A stretch of DNA of 64,000 bases from a bacterium (GTDB taxonomy: Bacteria; Zhuqueibacterota; Zhuqueibacteria; Residuimicrobiales; Krinioviventaceae), in assembly GCA_963693055.1 (NCBI GenBank), contig OY843751.1:2688001-2752000 (forward strand), read 5' to 3'. The notes beneath the pieces are model-generated. The model searched no databases. It worked only from the letters and a program-made list of their open reading frames with translations, and had not been told where the DNA came from. Shown here piece by piece: positions 9,594-18,525 of this stretch. How positions within the stretch are numbered: the first letter of the stretch is position 1; each line of letters begins with the position of its first letter. Position numbers and translations under genes: made by a program.

Positions 9594-11813
9594 ATGCGTT
9601 CATTAACAAGATTTATCCTGACAATCCTTTGTTTTTCTGCAATTTCTTCTGCACAAATTAATCCCGTTCAACTTGAACCGGCATTGATTTTCAACTCTGA
9701 TCGTTCTACGTATTTTAGCAGAACGATCTATTCTTTAGGTTCCCAGTTTTCATCTACAGATTCAATTTTTGCTTTGCAAAAAATTCAAAAATTTAATATA
9801 ACAAAAGTTGATTCCATAAATTCTCATGAATTACAGATTGATTTTGTTATAGAACCAGGATTTACTGAATTCGGCAGACATAAATTTGTAGTGTTGGATT
9901 CTTTGCAAAAGAAAAAACTGGATTTTACTCTGGATGTAAGGTATGCAAATTCCCCATTTGTCGAATCAATTTTGATCCGTCAGAATAAAAAAGTAATGAA
10001 CGACACTATACGTTTGTCAGATACAGACTATACGTTAGCAACGTTGACAATAAGAGGGACAGGTTTATTTGACAATACTATGATAGAGTTTGATGACCCT
10101 GCAATTCAGGTTTCAAATACACCGGGGTGGAGGAGAAGTATTGCCCCGAATTTATTACAAGTTGGACTGGAGATAAAAACCAGTAATATTAATGTTGGCT
10201 ATAAACAATTTAGAATAAAAAATGATTTTGCCATGGAAGGTTTTGGCAAGATTTTTATCAAAAGTAACAGATCGCCAATAATATATGGATCGGTTCCTGA
10301 TATCATTGCAGATGGTCAGGACCATCGTATACAAATACGTGGTGATTATTTTCAATCGGGACTAACAGCATTATTACTGCCTCAAGATGGTATAGCAAGA
10401 GTACAAAATCGTTCAACCAATGAAGTTGATCTATTGGTAAACATTCCTGTATTGGAAAATACAAAAAGTTATAAACTCGTTATTCAAAATCCTGATGGAT
10501 TATCTGATACTACCGGATATTTTACTGCAAAAACACCTCCCTTAAATAAAGCATACGCACGGTCATTGAATGATCAACCCGTATTTTTAGATAAAGAAAC
10601 CCGCATTGTTTTTACAGTTCAAACCTATGCAAACAAGCGGTTAAACAAACAAACTGCTTATGAAATTAATATTGATGGTGAAAAATTTACGGTTAATTCA
10701 GTAATAAATGACAGCACTTGTGAAGCTGTAATTAAATTATCTCAAAAATCACCTTACACTTTATTAAATCAGCATGTATTTACTATTAGTCCGGTGAATG
10801 CTGCTCCCAGGTGGAAAGGCTTGTTATTTAGCAAACCTGCTCCTGAACTCACCTACATGTCACCAGAAAATGTATTGCATCCTCAGGATACATTGAGTTT
10901 TGTGTTCAAAGGTAAAAATCTGGATGACATAATTATGTTTATAACTGACCCAGAGATCACATTTAAAATTCAGGAAAACAGGGGAGACCTGATTCGCGTA
11001 ACAGCAATAGCCGGGCGTCATTTAAAAAATGGTACATATCCTGTAAAAATTCGGAAAAATGATGTAACTTTTGAGTTCCCAGAGCATCAAATTAATATAC
11101 AACAGTGGCAACCATTTACTGAATATGCTTCAATCTATACAACTAGTTTAAATAGTCTGCCGCCCGATTCTTTATGGAAAGAAAAACAAAAAGCCCGGAT
11201 CATTGAAAAAACTGACAAATTACGCATGGATTTTTATTTGCAAAACTTGTCAAAAGATGCTGGCACCCAAAAAGTGTTTATTAACGCTGTATTGATCGAT
11301 TCTTCAAATGCTGTTCGAGCAGAAACACGCTTTTATAAAGCGTTGACCTATGAAAATAAAACTTTTTCCTGGAATTGGCGTTTACATGAAAAAATTAAAT
11401 CTGGTGATCGTATAGAGATCTCTATCAATAATACTGGTGGGCAAAACAAAAAGACAGAAGTGTTTTTTGTAAAACCTCACTGGTCAGAATCTTTTAAAGG
11501 ATCAACCTCATTTATAATTTTCAAGGCACCAATGAATGGAGGAAATGCTACAGCTGAAATTTTAAGAACCGTAGCAATTGGTCTTTCATATCAACCCTTT
11601 GAAAATAAAGACTTTTTGGAATTTGATTCTTCTGTATTGATTGGTAATGCAACATCAAGCGACAGTGATCTTGATGTTGATTTGGGTCTGGGTTTAAGTG
11701 TGATCTTGTGGAATCATATCCAAATTGGTATGGGTTCAAACCTGACCAATGGACCTTTTTCAGAAATGTTTGCTTTTATGGGTACACGTATAAAGATACC
11801 TGTTCCCTGGTAA
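9594..11813 (+). CDS. Secreted hypothetical protein with several Ig/IPT-like beta-sandwich repeats
   Basis: Sec signal peptide; repeated (L/I)xIxGxx(F/L) units (LTIRGTGL, IQIRGDYF, FVFKGKNL) and VIQNPDG; beta-strand-rich C-terminus ending in W. Confidence 0.55.
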   Translation: MRSLTRFILTILCFSAISSAQINPVQLEPALIFNSDRSTYFSRTIYSLGSQFSSTDSIFALQKIQKFNITKVDSINSHELQIDFVIEPGFTEFGRHKFVVLDSLQKKKLDFTLDVRYANSPFVESILIRQNKKVMNDTIRLSDTDYTLATLTIRGTGLFDNTMIEFDDPAIQVSNTPGWRRSIAPNLLQVGLEIKTSNINVGYKQFRIKNDFAMEGFGKIFIKSNRSPIIYGSVPDIIADGQDHRIQIRGDYFQSGLTALLLPQDGIARVQNRSTNEVDLLVNIPVLENTKSYKLVIQNPDGLSDTTGYFTAKTPPLNKAYARSLNDQPVFLDKETRIVFTVQTYANKRLNKQTAYEINIDGEKFTVNSVINDSTCEAVIKLSQKSPYTLLNQHVFTISPVNAAPRWKGLLFSKPAPELTYMSPENVLHPQDTLSFVFKGKNLDDIIMFITDPEITFKIQENRGDLIRVTAIAGRHLKNGTYPVKIRKNDVTFEFPEHQINIQQWQPFTEYASIYTTSLNSLPPDSLWKEKQKARIIEKTDKLRMDFYLQNLSKDAGTQKVFINAVLIDSSNAVRAETRFYKALTYENKTFSWNWRLHEKIKSGDRIEISINNTGGQNKKTEVFFVKPHWSESFKGSTSFIIFKAPMNGGNATAEILRTVAIGLSYQPFENKDFLEFDSSVLIGNATSSDSDLDVDLGLGLSVILWNHIQIGMGSNLTNGPFSEMFAFMGTRIKIPVPW

Positions 11814-11833
11814 TTGTTAATGGAGATTTTAGT

Positions 11834-12073
11834 ATGAATTGTGATGATATTTTAAATCGAATATGTGACGACTTGTCTGAAGATATCAATTCTCAGGTTT
11901 GCAAGGATATTAAAAATCATTTAGAATCTTGTGAAAATTGTAATGCACAAATTAATTCTATGAAAAATGCTGTAAATTTATATAAATGCCTTGAGGAAAA
12001 AGAGGTACCGACTGTTGTTCATGAACGTTTGTTAAAAATGTTAAATTTAGAGAATTTACCACCCGCTAAATAA
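11834..12073 (+). CDS. Small zf-HC2 (zinc-binding anti-sigma-type) protein
   Basis: GGAG RBS then ATG 11834. MNCDD...HLESCENC matches the HxxxCxxC ZAS motif with an N-terminal Cys. Confidence 0.75.
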   Translation: MNCDDILNRICDDLSEDINSQVCKDIKNHLESCENCNAQINSMKNAVNLYKCLEEKEVPTVVHERLLKMLNLENLPPAK

Positions 12074-12074
12074 C

Positions 12075-13019
12075 CTAAATATTTAGCAAGATTGTTATTG
12101 TTGCAAAAAGTAATAATAATATAATAATTGCAAATCCTCTACCACTGAACAATCCTTTAATTATTCTATTTCTGGCATTGTTAACTGCTTTTCGCAGCGG
12201 CAACCAGAAATTTCTATCCATATACAAGAAGAATGATTTAATAAATACCTGTCCTGTATACATGAATTGTTGTAAAAAATGCTGTTGCGTATCTGCTCTT
12301 TTTTCCTGATGTTGATTAATCTCAACTGGCAATACCTTTTGCTCTTCAACTTTTAACTGTAGATCAAGATGATCCGGATCTAGTCTGTAATATGGAATAT
12401 ACATTTTTTTAGTTGTTTTGCCTTTTTCATAAACAGAACCTGGTTTTATTCCTTTATGAAATTTACCTTTCGCGTAAATTAATGAAATTATATCATTTAA
12501 ATAGGCTGTCATAACAGGATTATTTTTATCAACTAGTTCATTGATAAATTGTTGTTGTTGATCAAGTTGATCTATTGATATACTTTTTTCTTTACTGAAT
12601 GTATCAAATAGTCTTACTAGTTTGTTAATAGCTTTAAATAATTGATCGTCAAAATCAGTAAACGAGCCATCTTGTAATACAAAGGGGACCGACTCGAGTT
12701 CAATGTTGAAATTATAGTTTACAGAATTAGTATTTTCGGTATTAAACACTTGAGAGTTGATAATGAATGATAATTTTAAACCAATATTTTGATCAAATGT
12801 GTTTATATTTAAACTTGTGTTTAAAAATCGTATGCTTTTATTTGCCAGATCGCTATTTGTTGAATTGATATGCTGCTGAATTTTGGATGATAGCATATAA
12901 TCCTGTTTGAAATCAATTTTTATATTTTTATTGGGAAAATCATCCAGTGGTTTTTTATGTTTTCCTATGGATTTTAATTGTTCGTATTGTTCAATTTTGA
13001 ATCGATTAACCTTGGTCAT
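12075..13019 (-). CDS. Hypothetical protein with a single C-terminal TM anchor
   Basis: Long ORF; likely start MTKVNR at 13019 after AGGA; C-terminus GFAIIILLLLFATITILLNI. Confidence 0.6.
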   Translation of the reverse strand: MTKVNRFKIEQYEQLKSIGKHKKPLDDFPNKNIKIDFKQDYMLSSKIQQHINSTNSDLANKSIRFLNTSLNINTFDQNIGLKLSFIINSQVFNTENTNSVNYNFNIELESVPFVLQDGSFTDFDDQLFKAINKLVRLFDTFSKEKSISIDQLDQQQQFINELVDKNNPVMTAYLNDIISLIYAKGKFHKGIKPGSVYEKGKTTKKMYIPYYRLDPDHLDLQLKVEEQKVLPVEINQHQEKRADTQQHFLQQFMYTGQVFIKSFFLYMDRNFWLPLRKAVNNARNRIIKGLFSGRGFAIIILLLLFATITILLNI

Positions 13020-13073
13020 AGAGTTTCCTGTTAAAAAATTATAAAAAGAAGTAAAATATAGATCATTTATCAT

Positions 13074-13090
13074 TGCAAATTTCATCCCAA
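13074..13090 (-). promoter_or_regulatory. Candidate sigma-54 promoter of the 13019 hypothetical gene
   Basis: Minus-strand TTGGGATGAAATTTGCA = GG-N10-GC, about 55 nt upstream of ATG 13019. Confidence 0.45.
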
Positions 13091-13157
13091 ATACGTATAA
13101 TTCTAAATAAAAAAACATGTATTTTCAATTCCAATTATGTTACATTTGGGTGATGAA

Positions 13158-14327
13158 ATGTCTGAAAATGAAATCAAGATTGTAGAATTTTCCAATCAAA
13201 CCAAAAATGATAGACAATTATTAAAGCAATTTGTTAATTTCCATTGGTCTCATTACGAAAATGATCCTCAATATGTACCATTATTGGATTATGAATATTT
13301 GGGCTTTCGGTTAATTGGCATGACAGGTTTTTTTGAACCTGGCAATTTATTTTTCAAGCATGCGGAAATGCGTTTTTTCCTGGCTCAAAGAAATGGCGAA
13401 TGTGTTGGTCGTTGTAACGCTTTTGTTAATCACAGTTATAATGAACATTGGAATGAAAAGACAGGTTTTTGGGGACAATTTGAATCAATAGATGATCTTG
13501 ATGTTGCACGTGCTTTAACCGATGCTGCTGCAAGCTGGCTTGCACAGCAGGGTATGGATATGATGCGGGGACCTCAAAATTTACCCGTTAATGAAGCAAC
13601 ACCCGGCTTGTTAACTGAAGGCTTTGAAACACGTCCTGTCATTTATTATCAGTACAATAAACCCTATTATCAAAATCTAATCGAGCAGCTTGATTTTGAA
13701 CCAGCAAAGAAATTTTTATCATGGGAAGCACCTGTAACTCAAGGAGAAAAGCCCAAGCTTGAACGAGTCACTGAAAAGATAATGAAACGTTTTGATATTA
13801 AAGTTGAAACCTGGGATGAACGTCCATTTAAAACCCGACATCAAGAGATGTTTGATATTTATAATGACGCCTGGAGTGATAATTATAATTTTGTACCCTT
13901 TACGCAGGAAGAGTTTTTTTCCATAGTTAGTGATATGATGTTAGTAATGGATAAGAAACTATTTTTGTTTATTTATGTAAATAATGAACCCGCAGCGTTT
14001 TTTGGTGGGGTACCCAATATAAATGAGGTTATAAAACCCATACCCGGAATCAAAAGATGGGAATTGATTCGGGCAGTTAAAATGTTATTAACCAAACATA
14101 GAGTTAAAGGATTCAGGTTAGGGTATTTAGGAGTAAAGAAGAAATTCAGAAGAATGGGACTTGATGGTTTAATGTTGTGGAAGCAACATGCATATTCTAA
14201 ACAAGCTGGTTACGAGTATTCTGATTTAGGTTGGGTTTTAGAAGATAATGTAATGGTACATCGACTGATTGATCTTATAATTGCAAAACCATCAAAGGTT
14301 TATACAATTTATGAAAAGCAAATTTGA
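13158..14327 (+). CDS. Tandem GNAT-fold N-acyltransferase (YghO-like)
   Basis: FWGQFESIDD, MRGPQN, YNKPYY, YNDAWSDN, LGVKKKFRRMGLDG acetyl-CoA loop and WVLEDN. Confidence 0.75.
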   Translation: MSENEIKIVEFSNQTKNDRQLLKQFVNFHWSHYENDPQYVPLLDYEYLGFRLIGMTGFFEPGNLFFKHAEMRFFLAQRNGECVGRCNAFVNHSYNEHWNEKTGFWGQFESIDDLDVARALTDAAASWLAQQGMDMMRGPQNLPVNEATPGLLTEGFETRPVIYYQYNKPYYQNLIEQLDFEPAKKFLSWEAPVTQGEKPKLERVTEKIMKRFDIKVETWDERPFKTRHQEMFDIYNDAWSDNYNFVPFTQEEFFSIVSDMMLVMDKKLFLFIYVNNEPAAFFGGVPNINEVIKPIPGIKRWELIRAVKMLLTKHRVKGFRLGYLGVKKKFRRMGLDGLMLWKQHAYSKQAGYEYSDLGWVLEDNVMVHRLIDLIIAKPSKVYTIYEKQI

Positions 14328-14346
14328 AAATATTTAAGGAGTTGAT

Positions 14347-15303
14347 ATGTCTCTAGTGAATCGTCGTGATTTTATTAAAAAAAGTAGTATTGTTGCTAGC
14401 ACAACAGCAATGGGAGGATTAATTCAGGCTTGTTCTAAATCTGAAAAACCTGTTGTTGAAAGCTGGAACGGATTTAAACATGCTATGTGTAATGAAAGTA
14501 TGCAGGATTTGAGCTGGTCAGAACAGTGCAGCATTGTTGCAAATGCTGGTTACCAGGGAATAGAAGTTGCTCCCTTTACATTGGTTCAAAATGGTGTAGG
14601 TGATATTGACGCAAACGGTCGCAAAGAAATGAAAAAAGTTATGAATGATTTGGGACTTGAATGCGCAGGTTTACATTGGCTATTGGCCCCACCTCCCAAA
14701 GGATTGCATTTTACAACTCCGGATGCTAAACTCCGAGCCAAAACAGTAGATTATTTGAATCAGTTGATTGATTTTTGTGGTGATTTGGGTGGAACAGTCA
14801 TGATCTTTGGTTCTCCTAAACAAAGAAATACTCTGGGAATTTCAATTGATGAAGCTAAAAAATATTTTACTGAAAATTTGGCATCCGTTGCAGATCATGC
14901 ACAATCACGCGATGTGAAAATTTTAATAGAACCTCTTGATACCAGTCAAACAGATGTTATTAATGTTACTGCTGAAGCTGTTGAAATTATTAATAAAATT
15001 AATCATCCTGCAATCCAAACCATGTTTGATTTCCATAATACACCAAATGAAACAGAACCGTTTGATGTAATTGTTGATAAAAATTATCAATACATTAAAC
15101 ATGTTCACGTTCAGGAAATGGATGGTAAATATCTGGGCACTGGTGATGCAGTCGATTCTTTTGTAAAAGCCTTTCAGGTATTGAAAGATAAAAATTATGA
15201 CAAATGGGTGTCATTGGAAGTTTTTGATTTTACTCCAGGCGGAAAAACCATTGCCGAAAGCTCTATCAAGGTTTTGAAAGAAATCGAATCGAAACTTGTA
15301 TAA
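14347..15303 (+). CDS. Sugar-phosphate isomerase/epimerase (D-psicose/D-tagatose 3-epimerase-like TIM barrel) with Tat lipoprotein signal
   Basis: NRRDFIK...IQAC signal; IEPL, FDFHN, HVHV and SLEVF metal ligands. Confidence 0.82.
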   Translation: MSLVNRRDFIKKSSIVASTTAMGGLIQACSKSEKPVVESWNGFKHAMCNESMQDLSWSEQCSIVANAGYQGIEVAPFTLVQNGVGDIDANGRKEMKKVMNDLGLECAGLHWLLAPPPKGLHFTTPDAKLRAKTVDYLNQLIDFCGDLGGTVMIFGSPKQRNTLGISIDEAKKYFTENLASVADHAQSRDVKILIEPLDTSQTDVINVTAEAVEIINKINHPAIQTMFDFHNTPNETEPFDVIVDKNYQYIKHVHVQEMDGKYLGTGDAVDSFVKAFQVLKDKNYDKWVSLEVFDFTPGGKTIAESSIKVLKEIESKLV

Positions 15304-15310
15304 TTTTTCT

Positions 15311-15336
15311 AGGTGTTGATATCATCAACACCTTTT
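15311..15336 (+). terminator. Probable intrinsic terminator
   Basis: Perfect 10-bp inverted repeat AGGTGTTGAT-atc-ATCAACACCT followed by a short T run, directly after the stop codon at 15303. Confidence 0.6.
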
Positions 15337-15409
15337 AAAATTTAAAAAAAATGTTGCATAATTCATAAAAAATGATTTATTCATTCATGTTTTCACTACA
15401 TGAATTTAT

Positions 15410-17179
15410 TTGAAAGGAAATAAGCAGGTTTTGTTAACTAAACTTATCCATAATGGAATTATTGTTCCGGATCCCCCAAAATATCATGGTGTTACCTTAA
15501 AAGTCAAAGATCAACAAATTAAACTTTCCCCCAAACAGGAAGAAATGGCGTATGCCTGGGCAAAAAAGCAAGGAACACCTTATGTAGAAGATCTTGTTTT
15601 TGTTAAAAATTTTCTCAAAGATTTTAGTCTTGCCCTTGGATTTAAAAAAGCACTAAAACTCGATGAAATTGATTTTACACCTGTTAATAAAATTGTTGAA
15701 AAAGAGCGTATAGCTCGTGAGGCCATGAGCAAGGAAGATAAAAAACTGCTTGCAGCAAAACGTAAAGAGATTCGTGAAGAGTTGAAAGAGAAATATGGTT
15801 TTGCTTCAACTGGTGATGAGAGAATAGAACTTGCGAATTATTTAACAGAGCCCAGTGGAATTTTTATGGGTAGGGGTAAGCATCCATTACGTGGAAGATG
15901 GAAAGAAGGTGCCGCTCAAAAAGATGTAACTTTAAATCTGAGTCCAGATGCCCCCGTTCCACCCGGAGATTGGAAGGAAATTGTTTGGCAGCCTGATTCT
16001 TTATGGGTAGCACGATGGGATGACAAGCTGTCAGGAAAACTTAAATACATCTGGCTTCACGATACTGCTCCTATCAAACAGGCTCGTGAAGCAAAGAAAT
16101 TTGATAAAGCTCTTGAATTAAATTCACGCATTGAACAAGTTAGAAAATCTCTGGAAAAAGATTTACAAAGCGATGAATTCAAGGTCCGTAAAGTTGCAAC
16201 CGCATGTTTTCTGATCGATGCATTATGTCTTCGTGTTGGTGATGAAAAAGATCCTGAAGAAGCCGATACCGTAGGTGCTACAACTTTACGCCCTGAACAT
16301 ATTAAATTCCTCAAAGATGGTCGCGTAGAGTTTCGTTTTTTGGGTAAAGACTCTGTATTATGGGATAAAAAGATAGAGCTACCGGATTTTGTTAAAGATA
16401 ATTTGAAAGAATTGTCTGAAAAAGCCAGACCCTCGACAAATAGTTTTGGTAAAGTCAAGCATGAAGCATATAATAAACCGCAATTGTTTCCAGATATTAC
16501 CAGCCGTAATGTTAATGCTTATTTATCAAATCATATGAAAGGTTTGACTGCCAAGGTTTTTCGTACACACCATGCTACCAATGTTGTTAAAACTTCATTA
16601 AATAATTCTAATGTTGTGAAAACTGATCCTGAATATGTTAAATGGGAAGCAACAGTTAACGCAAACCTTGAAGCTGCAATTTTATGTAATCATACAAAGC
16701 AGCCACCCAAAAATTGGGCAGAGCGCAAAGTTAAATTTAGAGAACGTGAAAAGAGTGCCAAGGAAAGAATTGAAAATATAAAAGCTTTGATCAAAACTTT
16801 AAAGCAAGAAATTAAAGATCTTAAAGTAGAATATAAAGAAAAGAAAGAAGCTGCCCCTAATAAAGCTCAGCGAAAAAAAGTTAAAGAACGTTACGATAAA
16901 AAAATTCAGGCTAAAAAGAACAGGCTGGAAACTACCATACAAAGAGAAGAGAAAGCACAAATATCAATAGGAAAACTACGTGCACAAAAAGCCATAGCTT
17001 CTCAAAACAGAACATGGAACCTGGGTACTAGCCAAAAATCATATATTGATCCTAGAGTATTTCACGAATGGGGAAAATCTGTTGATTATGATGTTATAGG
17101 AAAATACTATTCAGCAACACTACAACGCAAGTTTATGTGGGTTAAAGAGCAGGATAACGATGAAAATGAAACTGCTTGA
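15410..17179 (+). CDS. top1: DNA topoisomerase IB, long eukaryote/archaeal type
   Basis: Catalytic pentad in context: LRVGDEK (R), FLGKD (K), AKVFRT (R), LCNH (H), SYIDPR (Y). Eukaryote-like N-terminal core (LIHNG, EEMAYAWAKK, EPSGIFMGRGKHPLRG) and a coiled-coil linker. The true start may be TTG 15431. Confidence 0.92.
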   Translation: MKGNKQVLLTKLIHNGIIVPDPPKYHGVTLKVKDQQIKLSPKQEEMAYAWAKKQGTPYVEDLVFVKNFLKDFSLALGFKKALKLDEIDFTPVNKIVEKERIAREAMSKEDKKLLAAKRKEIREELKEKYGFASTGDERIELANYLTEPSGIFMGRGKHPLRGRWKEGAAQKDVTLNLSPDAPVPPGDWKEIVWQPDSLWVARWDDKLSGKLKYIWLHDTAPIKQAREAKKFDKALELNSRIEQVRKSLEKDLQSDEFKVRKVATACFLIDALCLRVGDEKDPEEADTVGATTLRPEHIKFLKDGRVEFRFLGKDSVLWDKKIELPDFVKDNLKELSEKARPSTNSFGKVKHEAYNKPQLFPDITSRNVNAYLSNHMKGLTAKVFRTHHATNVVKTSLNNSNVVKTDPEYVKWEATVNANLEAAILCNHTKQPPKNWAERKVKFREREKSAKERIENIKALIKTLKQEIKDLKVEYKEKKEAAPNKAQRKKVKERYDKKIQAKKNRLETTIQREEKAQISIGKLRAQKAIASQNRTWNLGTSQKSYIDPRVFHEWGKSVDYDVIGKYYSATLQRKFMWVKEQDNDENETA

Positions 17180-17275
17180 TTAATTAATTATTTTATTGTA
17201 ATTTTTTATAACATTAATTTATCCAATTTGGCTTTGTGGAGCAATTAATACTCATCAATTTATTATAATTTATGG

Positions 17276-17992
17276 ATGGAATCCATGCCTGATGAAAGAA
17301 TTTTGCGTTTATTAAAATTTGTTCCTCTTTTTTCTAAACTCAGTGAATCTGAATTAATTCAAATTTCAGATCAGTGTGTAAAAAAAGAGTGTCAAAAAGA
17401 CCAGGTCCTGTTTGTTGAAGAAGAATCCGGTCAAACATTATTTATTATTCTCAAAGGAACTGTAAAAATTACCCGAACAAGTGATGAGGGTAAAGAGGTT
17501 ATTTTAACGATATTAAAATCAGGCGACTTTTTTGGTGAATTATCTTTACTTGATGGTAAAGGTCGCTCAGCTACAGTAATTGCTATGGCTGAAACAGAGT
17601 TGTTGCTGTTACGAAGAAGCGAATTTTTATTAATTATTGAAAAATTTCCACACATAGCTTCTGAATTGCTCAAAGTGCTTGCTGACAGAATTAGAAAATG
17701 TGATGTTCAGATTGAAAACCTGACGCTTCAGGATGCTGTAGGGAGAGTTGGTGCTACATTAATACATGTTGCTGAACAGACCGGTTATAAACGGGGCAAA
17801 AGCATGGTTATTCCCAAATTACCTGTTCAGCAAGACCTGGCAAACATGGCAGGCACAGCGCGGGAAACTATATCAAGAGTTATGGCCCTTTTTGAGCAAG
17901 ACGAACTGTTTGTGAGAGAAGGAGGACATAGAGTTGTTTTCCCGGATTTTGAAAGATTTAAATCCGATTATTGGTCAGCAAGCAAGGATTGA
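17276..17992 (+). CDS. Crp/Fnr family transcriptional regulator (cNMP-binding)
   Basis: FFGELSLLDGKGRSATV phosphate-binding cassette; HTH LANMAGTARETISR. Confidence 0.92.
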   Translation: MESMPDERILRLLKFVPLFSKLSESELIQISDQCVKKECQKDQVLFVEEESGQTLFIILKGTVKITRTSDEGKEVILTILKSGDFFGELSLLDGKGRSATVIAMAETELLLLRRSEFLLIIEKFPHIASELLKVLADRIRKCDVQIENLTLQDAVGRVGATLIHVAEQTGYKRGKSMVIPKLPVQQDLANMAGTARETISRVMALFEQDELFVREGGHRVVFPDFERFKSDYWSASKD

Positions 17993-18000
17993 TTTTGGTG

Positions 18001-18510
18001 ATGCAGAATTTAGAAATTAAAGCCAAATACAATGATCTGCAACATGCTGAAAAAGTAGCAATACAAATTAATGCAGTCAAGAAATGGACAAGAATACAAA
18101 AAGATATTTATTTTGTAACGCCTAATGGCAAGTTGAAACTTCGCGTTGTTGATAGCGCAGCTTGCGATTTAATTTATTACAACAGACCAGATAATAAAAA
18201 AGCTGAAATTAGTAATTATAAAATATATAAAACGCAAAAACCACATGAACTGCTTGAAATCCTGACTGAATTTTTTTCACTTGATATTACTGTTGAAAAA
18301 ACACGAACATTGTATATTTTTAAAAATGTACGAATACATCTTGATTCTGTTAATCAACTTGGATCTTTTATAGAATTTGAAGCTGTTTTAGATGAAAAAA
18401 ATGATTTGAATGTTTCCTCAGATCATTTGGATTTTTTAAGTGAAAAATTTAACATCAGTGATAATCAATTAGTAAATACTGGTTATTTTGAATTATTGAA
18501 AAACAATTAA
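18001..18510 (+). CDS. CYTH domain protein (class IV adenylate cyclase CyaB-like)
   Basis: N-terminal EIKAK (ExK), QKDIYF, LKLR, KTRTLY and IHLDSVNQLGSFIEFE. Confidence 0.85.
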   Translation: MQNLEIKAKYNDLQHAEKVAIQINAVKKWTRIQKDIYFVTPNGKLKLRVVDSAACDLIYYNRPDNKKAEISNYKIYKTQKPHELLEILTEFFSLDITVEKTRTLYIFKNVRIHLDSVNQLGSFIEFEAVLDEKNDLNVSSDHLDFLSEKFNISDNQLVNTGYFELLKNN

Positions 18511-18525
18511 TATTTTGGAGCGAGT

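Noticed and set aside
16720-16990. Lys/Glu-rich low-complexity stretch as a DNA repeat
   Set aside because: It is the coiled-coil linker of topoisomerase IB, with no nucleotide-level tandem repeat.
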